IMG/VR virus record: IMGVR_UViG_3300012664_000098
Coordinates: 1-38,328 of that record
Direction: 5' to 3' (one strand)
Origin: a virus
Taxonomy: Duplodnaviria > Caudoviricetes
DNA length: 38,328 nucleotides
Shown here piece by piece: positions 8,951 through 18,211 of the stretch. Under the pieces are notes generated by a model. That model saw nothing but the letters and a program-made list of their open reading frames with translations. It was not told the DNA's origin and searched no databases. The translations under genes were made by a program, and so were the position numbers. Position 1 is the first letter of the stretch, and each line of letters starts with the position of its first letter.

Positions 8951-9350
8951 CTTTGTTTCCTTTCTTCATTCCCATTACTTTCTCTAGAGTTCTGCCACCA
9001 AAGTAGAATGACATAACCAACATACCCCATTGACCAAGCAATGATACGAAGTTGTCAGAGATATCTAAACCACAAGCATCTAGTACAGCTAGTAATAGAT
9101 AAGCAGATAGAATATAAACCATAGTCATAGGTCTAATATTCTTAGATAACCAAGAATCACTAGCCATATCAGCTTGTAATCTCTTAGTTAGTTCTTGTGC
9201 TTCAGTGTTATCAGCGTTTAACTCAGCAAGCTTACCTTCATTCTGAACCTTTTGTAGTTCAGCTAGTGCTGCTGCCTTTGCTGCCGGATCAGGAAGAACT
9301 CTATCGAGTACCTTCTCACCGATGCTCATAATAGCTGCGATTGGAATCAT
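8934..9350 (-). CDS. Holin (3TM / GTA-type holin family)
   Basis: DSWLSKNIRP, TM helices, YFGGRTLEK; adjacent to the endolysin. Confidence 0.85.
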   Translation of the reverse strand: MIPIAAIMSIGEKVLDRVLPDPAAKAAALAELQKVQNEGKLAELNADNTEAQELTKRLQADMASDSWLSKNIRPMTMVYILSAYLLLAVLDACGLDISDNFVSLLGQWGMLVMSFYFGGRTLEKVMGMKKGNKDATNE

Positions 9351-9607
9351 TGTTTGTTCTCCTCTTCTGCTTCTACCTTACCGATCTTACGACCTGCAAT
9401 ACCACCTAGTGTACCAATAGACATATAAGCTACAGCTTTAAGGATCTCTAAGAAGATACTATCAATAGGTGCTAAGTCCATGTTCTGTTCTTCAAATGCT
9501 ACAGCCCATAGAACACCAAGTGCTATGATAAATAACATAGTTGATAGGATTACTACAATGAAAGCCCAGATACGGATTTCAATTTCTTCTGAGGTCATAC
9601 GTGCCAT
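9347..9607 (-). CDS. Two-TM membrane protein (lysis-associated?)
   Basis: Two hydrophobic helices; coupled to the holin. Confidence 0.75.
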   Translation of the reverse strand: MARMTSEEIEIRIWAFIVVILSTMLFIIALGVLWAVAFEEQNMDLAPIDSIFLEILKAVAYMSIGTLGGIAGRKIGKVEAEEENKQ

Positions 9608-9609
9608 GC

Positions 9610-10053
9610 TTACTCCTTGTTATTTGCTAATGGATTATCTAAAGCTACTTTGATCTGTCTCTTGTAATCTCTTTCCATCTCTTTAAGATCCTTAGCTACT
9701 TCTCTCTGTAACTGCTTGTTGTTACGTTCTACATCTTCAACAATCTTCTCTAGTCTACGCACATCATTCTTAATATCATTCTTGATATCACGTGTGTAGT
9801 CATTAACCTTGCTAGTTGATTCTTCTAAAGTAGCTAGACGTGTCTCAATAGTGGACAAGTCAGGTGCTACATAGCCATCAATCTTCTTCTTATATGATTG
9901 GTCTTTAGCATACCATTCGAAAGCACCCCAAAGAGTACCGCCTACTACTGGAGCTACAGCGATAACAATCATCATAAGCTTGTTAGAATACTTAAGCTTG
10001 TATCCTCCGATACTAAACTCATAGTCAGGCTTCTTATCTTCTGTACTGCTCAT
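9610..10053 (-). CDS. Membrane-anchored coiled-coil protein
   Basis: One TM segment (LMMIVIAVAPVVGGTLWGAF) followed by a long heptad region. Confidence 0.75.
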   Translation of the reverse strand: MSSTEDKKPDYEFSIGGYKLKYSNKLMMIVIAVAPVVGGTLWGAFEWYAKDQSYKKKIDGYVAPDLSTIETRLATLEESTSKVNDYTRDIKNDIKNDVRRLEKIVEDVERNNKQLQREVAKDLKEMERDYKRQIKVALDNPLANNKE

Positions 10054-11242
10054 CTACCATCTCCTCGTGTGTATGTTGACTGTTCATAATTAAATTGTAA
10101 TAAGCTCTGTTGTTATCTTGTATGGGCTTCTTAACCATCTTCACATACATTAAATCTATAATCATTAATGGCTGAGGTTTAGCCTGTACGTCTACTATAA
10201 CAGGTGCTGAAGACGTGACTTCATTCTTAGCCTCAGCTCTCTTTGCTGTTGATACTTGTTTAGTTTCCGTCTTCTTCTCAGTCTTTGGTTCTGCTTGGGT
10301 GACTTGAGTTGTAGTTGTTGTATTAGTTTGTTGAATCGATACGCTAGCATTGACTGGTCTTGTAATTACTTCGTTGACAACTGGGTCAGCAACGATAGGA
10401 GTTTCGACAGAGACTGTACCTGTTGTACTGACTTGGACAGTTGGTGCTGATACAGTTGCTGTTGGTGCTGGCACAACGTGAGCAAGTGCATAAGCTTCTG
10501 CGTATCCTGTACATCCTCTGTCATACAGCGGGTTAAGGCTGCATTGTTGATTGTAATAAGCTTGAGTATATCCTGTACAGCTTGGGTCATATAAAGCATT
10601 CAATGAGCACTGTTGAGTTAAATAAGCTGCTGCATAGCCCGGACAACTAGGACTAGACAGAGGATCTATTAAGCATAGATCACCGGTAGATTGTGTAATA
10701 TACGCTACATTTTGGTTACTACTAAATCCTGCACCATGATAGTACTGAGTGTACTCTCCAGCACTAGTGTTACCTGTTCTACCTATAGTGACCGGTCTCC
10801 AAGGACTGATGTTAATCTGTTCATGATACATACCTATGAAACCACTAGGTCTAATCTCTACACCAAAGGTATTCAAGTTATTAGGTACACCATACTCGCT
10901 GATGTTCTCCCACTTATAGCGTTGATACTGAGGAGTTCCTTCACTTAAGAATCTACCTTGACCATAGTTAATAAGGTCAGTCTGTAGTGGCATGATAGCG
11001 TAATCAAAAGGACTTCCTCTTGATGTTGTTAAGTCAAATCCTGTACAACACCAACTATTGTTTGGATTGAGAAAACCAACAACACCGTTACTGAACATAT
11101 AAGACTCAGTAAAGACACGACCATGATAAGGGAATGGAAACTGCAGAGGTACTCTAGCATAGCCATCGTCATAGATCTGATGCTGTACTATCTGAGCTTG
11201 TGCTATACCTATACAAGCTAGTAAAGCAACAAGCCATCTCAT
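10034..11242 (-). CDS. Exported Cys-rich protein with NIDO-like N-terminal domain and Cx3xLxxPxCxGY repeats
   Basis: Signal peptide MRWLVALLACIGIAQA; LQFPFPYHG...SNGVVGF...IMPLQTDL; three Cys repeats; T/P/V-rich stalk. Confidence 0.7.
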   Translation of the reverse strand: MRWLVALLACIGIAQAQIVQHQIYDDGYARVPLQFPFPYHGRVFTESYMFSNGVVGFLNPNNSWCCTGFDLTTSRGSPFDYAIMPLQTDLINYGQGRFLSEGTPQYQRYKWENISEYGVPNNLNTFGVEIRPSGFIGMYHEQINISPWRPVTIGRTGNTSAGEYTQYYHGAGFSSNQNVAYITQSTGDLCLIDPLSSPSCPGYAAAYLTQQCSLNALYDPSCTGYTQAYYNQQCSLNPLYDRGCTGYAEAYALAHVVPAPTATVSAPTVQVSTTGTVSVETPIVADPVVNEVITRPVNASVSIQQTNTTTTTQVTQAEPKTEKKTETKQVSTAKRAEAKNEVTSSAPVIVDVQAKPQPLMIIDLMYVKMVKKPIQDNNRAYYNLIMNSQHTHEEMVDEQYRR

Positions 11243-11676
11243 TTAATCTTAGGTCTATCAGGGATTAACTTAGGATTCTCTAGCCAATACTCTTTAGCTG
11301 CTTGACCTACCTTACCTTCTACTGGACAGTATGTACCTGCATCCCACATACCCCACCAGTTGTTAGCATCTTGACACATAACTGACACAGCTGCAGTCTT
11401 CATCTGCATATTGAACAATGACTCAGCTTTGATAATCATCTCACAGTTACTATCACGAACTGTAGTACCCATAGAGATACCAAAGATCTGTGTCTGTACT
11501 GCAGCAGCTACTCCACTAGAACACATCTTGTTATTGATGGTTGTAATAGATGGACTGATGGCAGACGGTGGAGGAGACTTAACAGTAGTCTCTGACTTAG
11601 ATGTAGAATCAGTAACGATAGGTTGAGCTACCGCTACTGAACTTATTAATGCTACTGATAATAATACTAATCTCAT
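11239..11676 (-). CDS. Exported Cys-containing hypothetical protein
   Basis: Signal peptide ending AVA-Q; SPPPSAISP, C..G...QTQIFGIS.G....D.NCE, AAVSVMCQD, GTYCP. Confidence 0.75.
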   Translation of the reverse strand: MRLVLLSVALISSVAVAQPIVTDSTSKSETTVKSPPPSAISPSITTINNKMCSSGVAAAVQTQIFGISMGTTVRDSNCEMIIKAESLFNMQMKTAAVSVMCQDANNWWGMWDAGTYCPVEGKVGQAAKEYWLENPKLIPDRPKIK

Positions 11677-14648
11677 TTCTCTTCTTTCTTATTTAAAGAC
11701 TTAGCACGCACTTCGTTGTATACTCTAACCTCATTAAGATATTCACCCATAATCTTATATACTTGCTTAGCTTGGTCGTTCTTACGTGCATAAGAGTTAG
11801 TAATAATTAATTTACGAATTTCTTCAGCATCTTTCTTTTGAGCAGCTAGAGTTTGCATTCTAAACTTATTAGGATCTACATCAATAAAGCGTAAACCTAA
11901 AGCTTGTAATGTTCTTTCTTCTTCTGGTAAATCAGTTCTAGATTCTCTTTGAACACCGAAGATACTAGGCTTAGTTATTAACTCACCTGTTGCTTTATCT
12001 AATCTACGTTCACCAAAGATAGGCTGAGTAGGTAGTCCTAATTGTTCTGCTCCCGGTATTGTAGGATTAAGTCTATTAACATAGTTTAATAACACCACAT
12101 TAGAAGCAAGCTTTGCTAGATGAGGTGACATCTGCACACCAAGGAAGTCTACCTTTTGATTTGGAAAGTCTTGAATACTTTTCTTTCTAAACAAATCATA
12201 ATTCAAAGCCCATTCAGCTCCTGATTTAAGGAAAGGATTAGTACCACTAGATAAAGTAGAAGCAGTTGAAGCTATCTTTCCTTTTTGAATAGGACTTTCA
12301 GGAGGGTTTCCTTTGTTAAACACATTTGTAATAATGTTTAAGTCAGCAAAAGGTAGCAAGTTAGCTAACGGAATAGAGACAGCTTCTCCTGTTGGTTTGT
12401 TTCCTATAAAGATAGGCATCTGCTCTTTAACATACGGAGGAATGTCTTCTTTAATAGGCACATTAGGATTAAAAGCAATCTGTGCATTCTGATTAGCAAG
12501 ATTTATTAAGTTTACTTTATCAGGCTGAGTAGCTAATGCTTCTAACTGTAATGGAATATTCTTACGTGACCATGTATAGAAAGGCATGGCACGTTTAAAT
12601 ACACCACGTTCTAGCTGACTAATATCACCGTAGTCAAATAGATATTTCTGTACGTGCTTAGCTGCTTTTTCAAAGTTATCACCTTTTTTAATACGATCTA
12701 AGAACAAAGCAATACGTGCGTTATCTTCAATAGCTTTACTTACTTTTAAACCACCTTGTAATAAAGGGTTCTCAGTACCTGCAGTTACATCAAAGACTTT
12801 CTTAGCACCTGCTTCAATAACTTCAGGTGCTTTAGTAATATCTTTACGTATAATATTGATTCCTGTTTTTGCATCTTGATATGCATTACGCATACCTGTA
12901 GGTGTTAATATACTAGGCTGAAGCATAGACTCCATACGTCTTGCCATGTCTCCGCTACCAAATTGACCACCTCCAATAACACCACGAGTTGTCATTTCAT
13001 CATATAACTTTTGAATAGGAATACCTGCTACTTCACCTTTAAAGTTATTCTTAGCAAGTTTAACTTGTAGGTTAGCGGCTTCAGCATAACGAATAGGATT
13101 ATCTAAACCACCTAGATAAGCGTTCCATATATTACCTACTGTATTCTTTGCGTAGTAATCAGGACGAACACCAAGAGACCACATCTTCCACCAGTTAGTT
13201 GCACCATCCCAAACTTTAAGGAACTTATTAATCTGTTGATCGTTTGTTAAAACACGATGAGAACTTTCAATCTGTTTAGCTAAGTCTTCTGGAAACAATG
13301 TTCCTTTAGCGTCAGGCAAGTCATTACCTCGTGCGTCTTTCAACGGACGGTAGCCTTTAGGAAATACTTCTTTCTGACCTTTAATAACTTCAGGACGTGG
13401 GATACCAAACTCTTGAACTTTATTCAAATAGTTTTTACCGGCAATAGCATTAGCAGCTCTGAACTGTGTTAAACCAGTTAGAACAGCAGGATCATCAATA
13501 AAGAACTTCTCAGTATCATAGAGTTTCTTAGCATTGATATTGTTAATGGTGTCGTCCATTGTTCGTTCTAAAGCAGCAGGTGTTTTACCTGATGGGAATA
13601 AACCAAACATTTTCTTCTTTGGGTTTAAGATAGCATCAGCTTCTTTAGTAAGCTCATGCAGCATATACCCTTCACCTTTATCACCAATCTCTATACCAGC
13701 AGCTCGTTGTTCTTCTAATACTTTTCTGTTTTGATCTACAATTTTCTTTTCTAATAAACCAATCTCATCATCAGCTAAGTTTTTTAGTTCAATGTCTTGA
13801 ACAATCTTAGACTTTAATACTTGAATCTTTTGAGTATTAGATAGAGGCTTACCTGCAGCATCTGTTAGATCTATTTTAGAAGCTAGTTGAACAACACTTT
13901 TATTTACATCCTTTAAAGACTTCTCCCCTTCAAGGATAGCTTTATCTCTAGCAAATCTAAATTCATTAAACAAGTCTTGTGCTTTTTCAAAGTCACCTGT
14001 ATTAATGTTAATAGCTCTAAACAATTCATTGTCAGCTAGTTTACCCGGAACAGAAGATGCACCGGGAATACTTTTAATACCTGTCTTAACAGCATCCATT
14101 GTTTCACCAACAAGCTTAGCTTTTAATGGATCAGTAATAATATCACCTGCTAAACCAAGAGCAAACGTAGCTACAGGATGATTACGTCTGAAGTCATCAG
14201 GAAGAAGTTCTTGAGTAGATCTTGTTACTTCTCCTTTTAAACCTTTAATACCTTCTTTCTGAACCCTCTTAAGGTTCTCGTCTGAAAATATAGCAAACAC
14301 ATTGTTATCTGCCTGAGCTACTGCCTTCTTAGATTTCTCATCAAACAGAGCACCTACTGTTGCAGCTTGTGCTTTAAAAGGACGTGATGTAATTTCAATG
14401 ATATCCATCAAAGCATTACCTGAAGAACTAAGACCTGCTTGTACAGGTGCTGGAAGTTCTTCCCAAATCTTTTCACCAGCTACTGCTACTTTTCCTAAGA
14501 ACTGCTTGACAGGTTCTGGTGTTTGTTCTGATACATACTGACCTGCTGCTTTGTTTACTTCAGATACTGTAGGAGAAGACGTAGACGGAACTACATCCGT
14601 CCATTTCTTTTCTTCTTCAATGCTTCCAATTGTTGTCCAATTAGCCAT
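11673..14648 (-). CDS. Large internal virion / DNA ejection protein
   Basis: 991 aa, last of three helical proteins after the tail genes; FDY...PFYTW motif. Confidence 0.7.
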   Translation of the reverse strand: MANWTTIGSIEEEKKWTDVVPSTSSPTVSEVNKAAGQYVSEQTPEPVKQFLGKVAVAGEKIWEELPAPVQAGLSSSGNALMDIIEITSRPFKAQAATVGALFDEKSKKAVAQADNNVFAIFSDENLKRVQKEGIKGLKGEVTRSTQELLPDDFRRNHPVATFALGLAGDIITDPLKAKLVGETMDAVKTGIKSIPGASSVPGKLADNELFRAININTGDFEKAQDLFNEFRFARDKAILEGEKSLKDVNKSVVQLASKIDLTDAAGKPLSNTQKIQVLKSKIVQDIELKNLADDEIGLLEKKIVDQNRKVLEEQRAAGIEIGDKGEGYMLHELTKEADAILNPKKKMFGLFPSGKTPAALERTMDDTINNINAKKLYDTEKFFIDDPAVLTGLTQFRAANAIAGKNYLNKVQEFGIPRPEVIKGQKEVFPKGYRPLKDARGNDLPDAKGTLFPEDLAKQIESSHRVLTNDQQINKFLKVWDGATNWWKMWSLGVRPDYYAKNTVGNIWNAYLGGLDNPIRYAEAANLQVKLAKNNFKGEVAGIPIQKLYDEMTTRGVIGGGQFGSGDMARRMESMLQPSILTPTGMRNAYQDAKTGINIIRKDITKAPEVIEAGAKKVFDVTAGTENPLLQGGLKVSKAIEDNARIALFLDRIKKGDNFEKAAKHVQKYLFDYGDISQLERGVFKRAMPFYTWSRKNIPLQLEALATQPDKVNLINLANQNAQIAFNPNVPIKEDIPPYVKEQMPIFIGNKPTGEAVSIPLANLLPFADLNIITNVFNKGNPPESPIQKGKIASTASTLSSGTNPFLKSGAEWALNYDLFRKKSIQDFPNQKVDFLGVQMSPHLAKLASNVVLLNYVNRLNPTIPGAEQLGLPTQPIFGERRLDKATGELITKPSIFGVQRESRTDLPEEERTLQALGLRFIDVDPNKFRMQTLAAQKKDAEEIRKLIITNSYARKNDQAKQVYKIMGEYLNEVRVYNEVRAKSLNKKEEK

Positions 14649-14656
14649 GTGTTTCC

Positions 14657-15589
14657 TTATTTAGGAGCTCGTTGTACTTTACCGTTTACAATTCTATAAT
14701 CATATAAATCAGGTCTATAGGCTTGTCCTGTATTTTCAACAGCTGCTTTAATAATAGGATCTTCTTTAGGTGTAGTAACAGCTTTAGGAGTTTCTCCTTT
14801 AAGAGCTTTCTGCTGAAGATCAAGAATCTTAGATAAACCATACATAGCATACTCAGGTTTGTTTTGAATCTGAGGAATGAGAGGTTTAGTTGGATCAAGA
14901 CCTTCTTGAGTAAACCATTGCATAGCAGTGTTCTTATCCTTACCTGCTTCTTGTAGTTTAACAGCACCAAGTTGAATATCTTGTTTAGTCTTTGTAAGAT
15001 TAAGAGCTTCTCTTTCTTCCTTCTGAGCTCTATCCATGATAGCTGTCTGACCTGCAGAAGATAACTGCATAATCTTTTTATACTCAGCAGTCTTCTCTAA
15101 CTTAGCTTGAACTTCAGGAGGAACTTCTGTACCTTCTTCAGGTTTCCATCCAAGTGTTCTAGCTTTGTTCTCTAGTCTAGTAGTAAGAGTCTGTAACTCT
15201 GTAGCTAACTGATCAGGGTTCTTAGTTAAGAATTCAATATCTTCTCTAGTCTGTTTAGTAGCTTTGTTCTCAGCTTCACGAGCAAGAGCTGCAGCGTTAG
15301 CTTTGATATTAGGATCTTTGACGTTAGCTGCAATGTAGTTAAAGTACTCAGGTGAGTTAACTTCAAACTGTTGACCAGCTTCTGTAGCTACTTTATTAAT
15401 CTGAGCGACAGGACTTTCTGAATCAGTACCACCAAATAAACCTGTTAAAGCTTGACCAAGACCTAAGCCCATTTTCTCGTAAGGAGACGCAGCAGAACCA
15501 TATAAACCAGCCCATAATTTCTGACGTGCTAATTCATCTTCTCTAGGATCATAGCCTAATAATGTAGTGTATGTTGTTTTAGATACCAT
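14657..15589 (-). CDS. Internal virion / ejection protein
   Basis: Helical 310-aa protein; position in the ejectosome block. Confidence 0.6.
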   Translation of the reverse strand: MVSKTTYTTLLGYDPREDELARQKLWAGLYGSAASPYEKMGLGLGQALTGLFGGTDSESPVAQINKVATEAGQQFEVNSPEYFNYIAANVKDPNIKANAAALAREAENKATKQTREDIEFLTKNPDQLATELQTLTTRLENKARTLGWKPEEGTEVPPEVQAKLEKTAEYKKIMQLSSAGQTAIMDRAQKEEREALNLTKTKQDIQLGAVKLQEAGKDKNTAMQWFTQEGLDPTKPLIPQIQNKPEYAMYGLSKILDLQQKALKGETPKAVTTPKEDPIIKAAVENTGQAYRPDLYDYRIVNGKVQRAPK

Positions 15590-15603
15590 GTTTTATCCTT
15601 AGA

Positions 15604-16878
15604 TTATTTTTTACCTAGAGCCATACCACCGGCTGAGATTAAACCACCCCAGAAGCCAGCGTTCGCAGCATTAGCAGCTTGAGTAGCACCATACTGAGTT
15701 TGAGCAGCTTGTGACATACCTTGTTGATAAGCAGTCTGACCCGGAATCTGTGCTTGACCTACTTGTAAACCAAGATTAAATGGAGTCTGTGCAAGACCTT
15801 CAACCTGACCTGATACACCAAGTAAAGTCTGTAATGGTGTGTAAGCTTGAGAAGCAAGTTGAGCTTGAGTTCCTAACAAGCCAGCACCAGCACTTAGCAA
15901 TCCAGTACCTTGAGTAATGTTGCCATATAGTTGTTGACGTGCAAGTTCTTGAGCTTGTTGCTGTGTTGCCAAACCTTGAGAAGCATAACCAAGACCAAGA
16001 CCTAATCTGTTTAATACGTCTTGCTGAGCAGCTGATTGAGCTTGCTGCTGAGTAGACAAAGCTTGTCCACCTAAAGCAGTACCTAAACCAATGTCTGATT
16101 GTAAGTTTGCTCTTGCTTGTTGTTGAGCACCAGCAGCTATCTGTGCATCTTGCTGAGCAATTGAATTATAATAAGCAGCCATCTCAGGGTTAGTAGCTTG
16201 CATACCTGTAGAAGTACCACCAGTAGCTAAACCTCTACGTCCTGTCTGGAATAGTTGGTTACGTAAAGATGCTAACTGTTGCTCACGACCACCAGCTAAT
16301 AAGCCTTGCTGTTGTTGTGTAATTCTTTGAGCTTCTGCTGTAGGATCGTAAGTAGTTGGAGTAACTGTACCGGCTAAACCTCTTAACTGATTAGCATACT
16401 CTAATGCAGCTGGATCAGCTTTAGCTTCAAAGCTAGTAGGAGCAATACCTTGAGCTACTGTGTTGTAGTAATTAGCAACCTGTTGGGCTTCAGGTGATGC
16501 AGCATACTGAGCTGAAGTAGGTAGGAATTGTTGACCTAAACCAAAGAGTCCTTGAGCAGCACCACCTAACGGAGCACCTGCTTGTTGTAACGCAGCAGCA
16601 TAATCATAGCCACCCCCGAGCTGACCCATTAACCTGTCTTGAAGACCGGCAAGTTCTGGAGAAGCTTGATAACCAGCTTCTGAAATATAAGGTAGACCTG
16701 TAGCAGGATCTGTAGCTCTCGTGAATGTAGAACTACCAAACCTAGTAGTCATTCCTACTGGTCTGAACGCAGCAGCTTGAGCCGCTAAACGTTGTTGTTC
16801 TGCTGCTTGAGCACCTGCTGCTTGCGTCTTGTTCGCACCTGTAAATACGTTTGCTACGCTACTTACTAAACCGCCCAT
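15604..16878 (-). CDS. Internal virion / DNA transfer protein
   Basis: G/A/Q-rich with hydrophobic Gly-rich termini (MGGLVSSVANVFTG; GFWGGLISAGGMALG). Confidence 0.65.
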   Translation of the reverse strand: MGGLVSSVANVFTGANKTQAAGAQAAEQQRLAAQAAAFRPVGMTTRFGSSTFTRATDPATGLPYISEAGYQASPELAGLQDRLMGQLGGGYDYAAALQQAGAPLGGAAQGLFGLGQQFLPTSAQYAASPEAQQVANYYNTVAQGIAPTSFEAKADPAALEYANQLRGLAGTVTPTTYDPTAEAQRITQQQQGLLAGGREQQLASLRNQLFQTGRRGLATGGTSTGMQATNPEMAAYYNSIAQQDAQIAAGAQQQARANLQSDIGLGTALGGQALSTQQQAQSAAQQDVLNRLGLGLGYASQGLATQQQAQELARQQLYGNITQGTGLLSAGAGLLGTQAQLASQAYTPLQTLLGVSGQVEGLAQTPFNLGLQVGQAQIPGQTAYQQGMSQAAQTQYGATQAANAANAGFWGGLISAGGMALGKK

Positions 16879-17165
16879 TATAAACTCCTTGAGTAGATCT
16901 TACCTACTTTACCGTTATTTAAAATCATTGAATCAATCTCTTTCCATCCTGTTACTTTACCGAACTTAGCTAACTTTTTGTTATCCTCTTCAACCATTGC
17001 TACTAAGGGCACATCAACTAAGTATTGTAATAAGTTTAAATCTTCTAAGTACTTTGTCTTGACTTCGCTAGACCACTTACGTACATCTGTATGAAACCAC
17101 AACATATCTGCATACTTCTCTAGATACATTGTGTAATCATATCTAATAACTACTGGTACTTTCAT
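16878..17165 (-). CDS. Small GNAT-like protein (T7 gp13-like position)
   Basis: ATG at 17165 coupled to the upstream stop; N.KL.KF....GW pattern. Confidence 0.5.
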   Translation of the reverse strand: MKVPVVIRYDYTMYLEKYADMLWFHTDVRKWSSEVKTKYLEDLNLLQYLVDVPLVAMVEEDNKKLAKFGKVTGWKEIDSMILNNGKVGKIYSRSL

Positions 17166-18202
17166 TAAGCAGTGCGTTTCCACATCTTAACAACTACATA
17201 AGGCTGAACTACACTTGTAGCAGAGCCTGTAAATGTTCCAGAGAATGAATGTGTATGTGAGTCACCGTTACTTGTTCCAGTTCCTGTGTCTCCTGAAGCA
17301 GCGTCACCACCTACAGACCAAGTGTTATAAGCAAAAGCTGTGTCGTCGGGAGTGCCTCCACCATAAGTACCAAAAGGAGATTCAGTTCCTTGAGTCATTG
17401 TTGTTCCAAAAGGACCAACCATTCTGTGATAGTGCTTAGGCATCTGAGCTTCAGTAAGAGCTGTGCCACCTACAGTACCACTAATAGAACCTGCACTTGT
17501 TACTGTCTTAGCACCGCCTGTTTCAGCTAATGTATCAAAAGAAGCATCACCTGTATCTTGATTAACTAATACACGACCCGCTCCCATCTCAGTCCAAGTA
17601 CCAAAGCCTAGCAATGTTCCCGGATTTGTTGTTGAAGAAGCATTAATATATACAGAACCAACAGGATAGATCTGAGATAAAATAGCTGTAGCAATAGCTG
17701 CAGTTACGAAAGCTGTAGTAGCTACTTGAGTTGTGTTAGTACCTGCTGAAGCTGTAGGAGCAGTAGGAGTACCACTGATAGTAGGGCTTGAAATAGCAGG
17801 GCTAGTTAAAGTCTTGTTAGTTAATGTTTCTGTACCAGCTAAGGTAGCAAAGTCACCGTCAGATAAAGCTGTATTAAATTGAGCTACTGTACCTGTTAAA
17901 GTATTACTTGTAAGGTTAACTGTCTTACCTGTTAACGTAGCTGTAGCTGTGCGTTCATCAGTAATAGCACCTACAACAAAGGCAGTGTTAGCTACTTGAG
18001 TTGTATTAGAACCGCTAGCAGCTGTTGGAGTAGCTGGAGTACCTGTGAAAGAAGGAGATGCTGTATCTGCTTTAGAACTTATAGCAGAAGCAATAGCATT
18101 GAACTCATCATCAATCTCTGTACCTTTAACAATCTTACCTGAGTTGCCTGTAGGTAAAGTATCTTTAGTAGCGAAGTTGGTAGCTTTTGTATAATTACTC
18201 AT
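17165..18202 (-). CDS. Tail spike/short fibre with T4 gp10-like C-terminal domain
   Basis: GTPTAPTA...NTTQVATTAFV repeats; YPVGSVYI...NP...GFGTW...GRVLV; VQPYVVVKMWKRTA. Confidence 0.75.
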   Translation of the reverse strand: MSNYTKATNFATKDTLPTGNSGKIVKGTEIDDEFNAIASAISSKADTASPSFTGTPATPTAASGSNTTQVANTAFVVGAITDERTATATLTGKTVNLTSNTLTGTVAQFNTALSDGDFATLAGTETLTNKTLTSPAISSPTISGTPTAPTASAGTNTTQVATTAFVTAAIATAILSQIYPVGSVYINASSTTNPGTLLGFGTWTEMGAGRVLVNQDTGDASFDTLAETGGAKTVTSAGSISGTVGGTALTEAQMPKHYHRMVGPFGTTMTQGTESPFGTYGGGTPDDTAFAYNTWSVGGDAASGDTGTGTSNGDSHTHSFSGTFTGSATSVVQPYVVVKMWKRTA

Positions 18203-18211
18203 GTGTCATCC

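Noticed and set aside
11213-11242. LLAC lipobox (o-spanin-like lipoprotein) in the 402-aa protein
   Set aside because: Cys at residue 10 is too early and an AQA signal peptidase I site follows; SignalP would settle it
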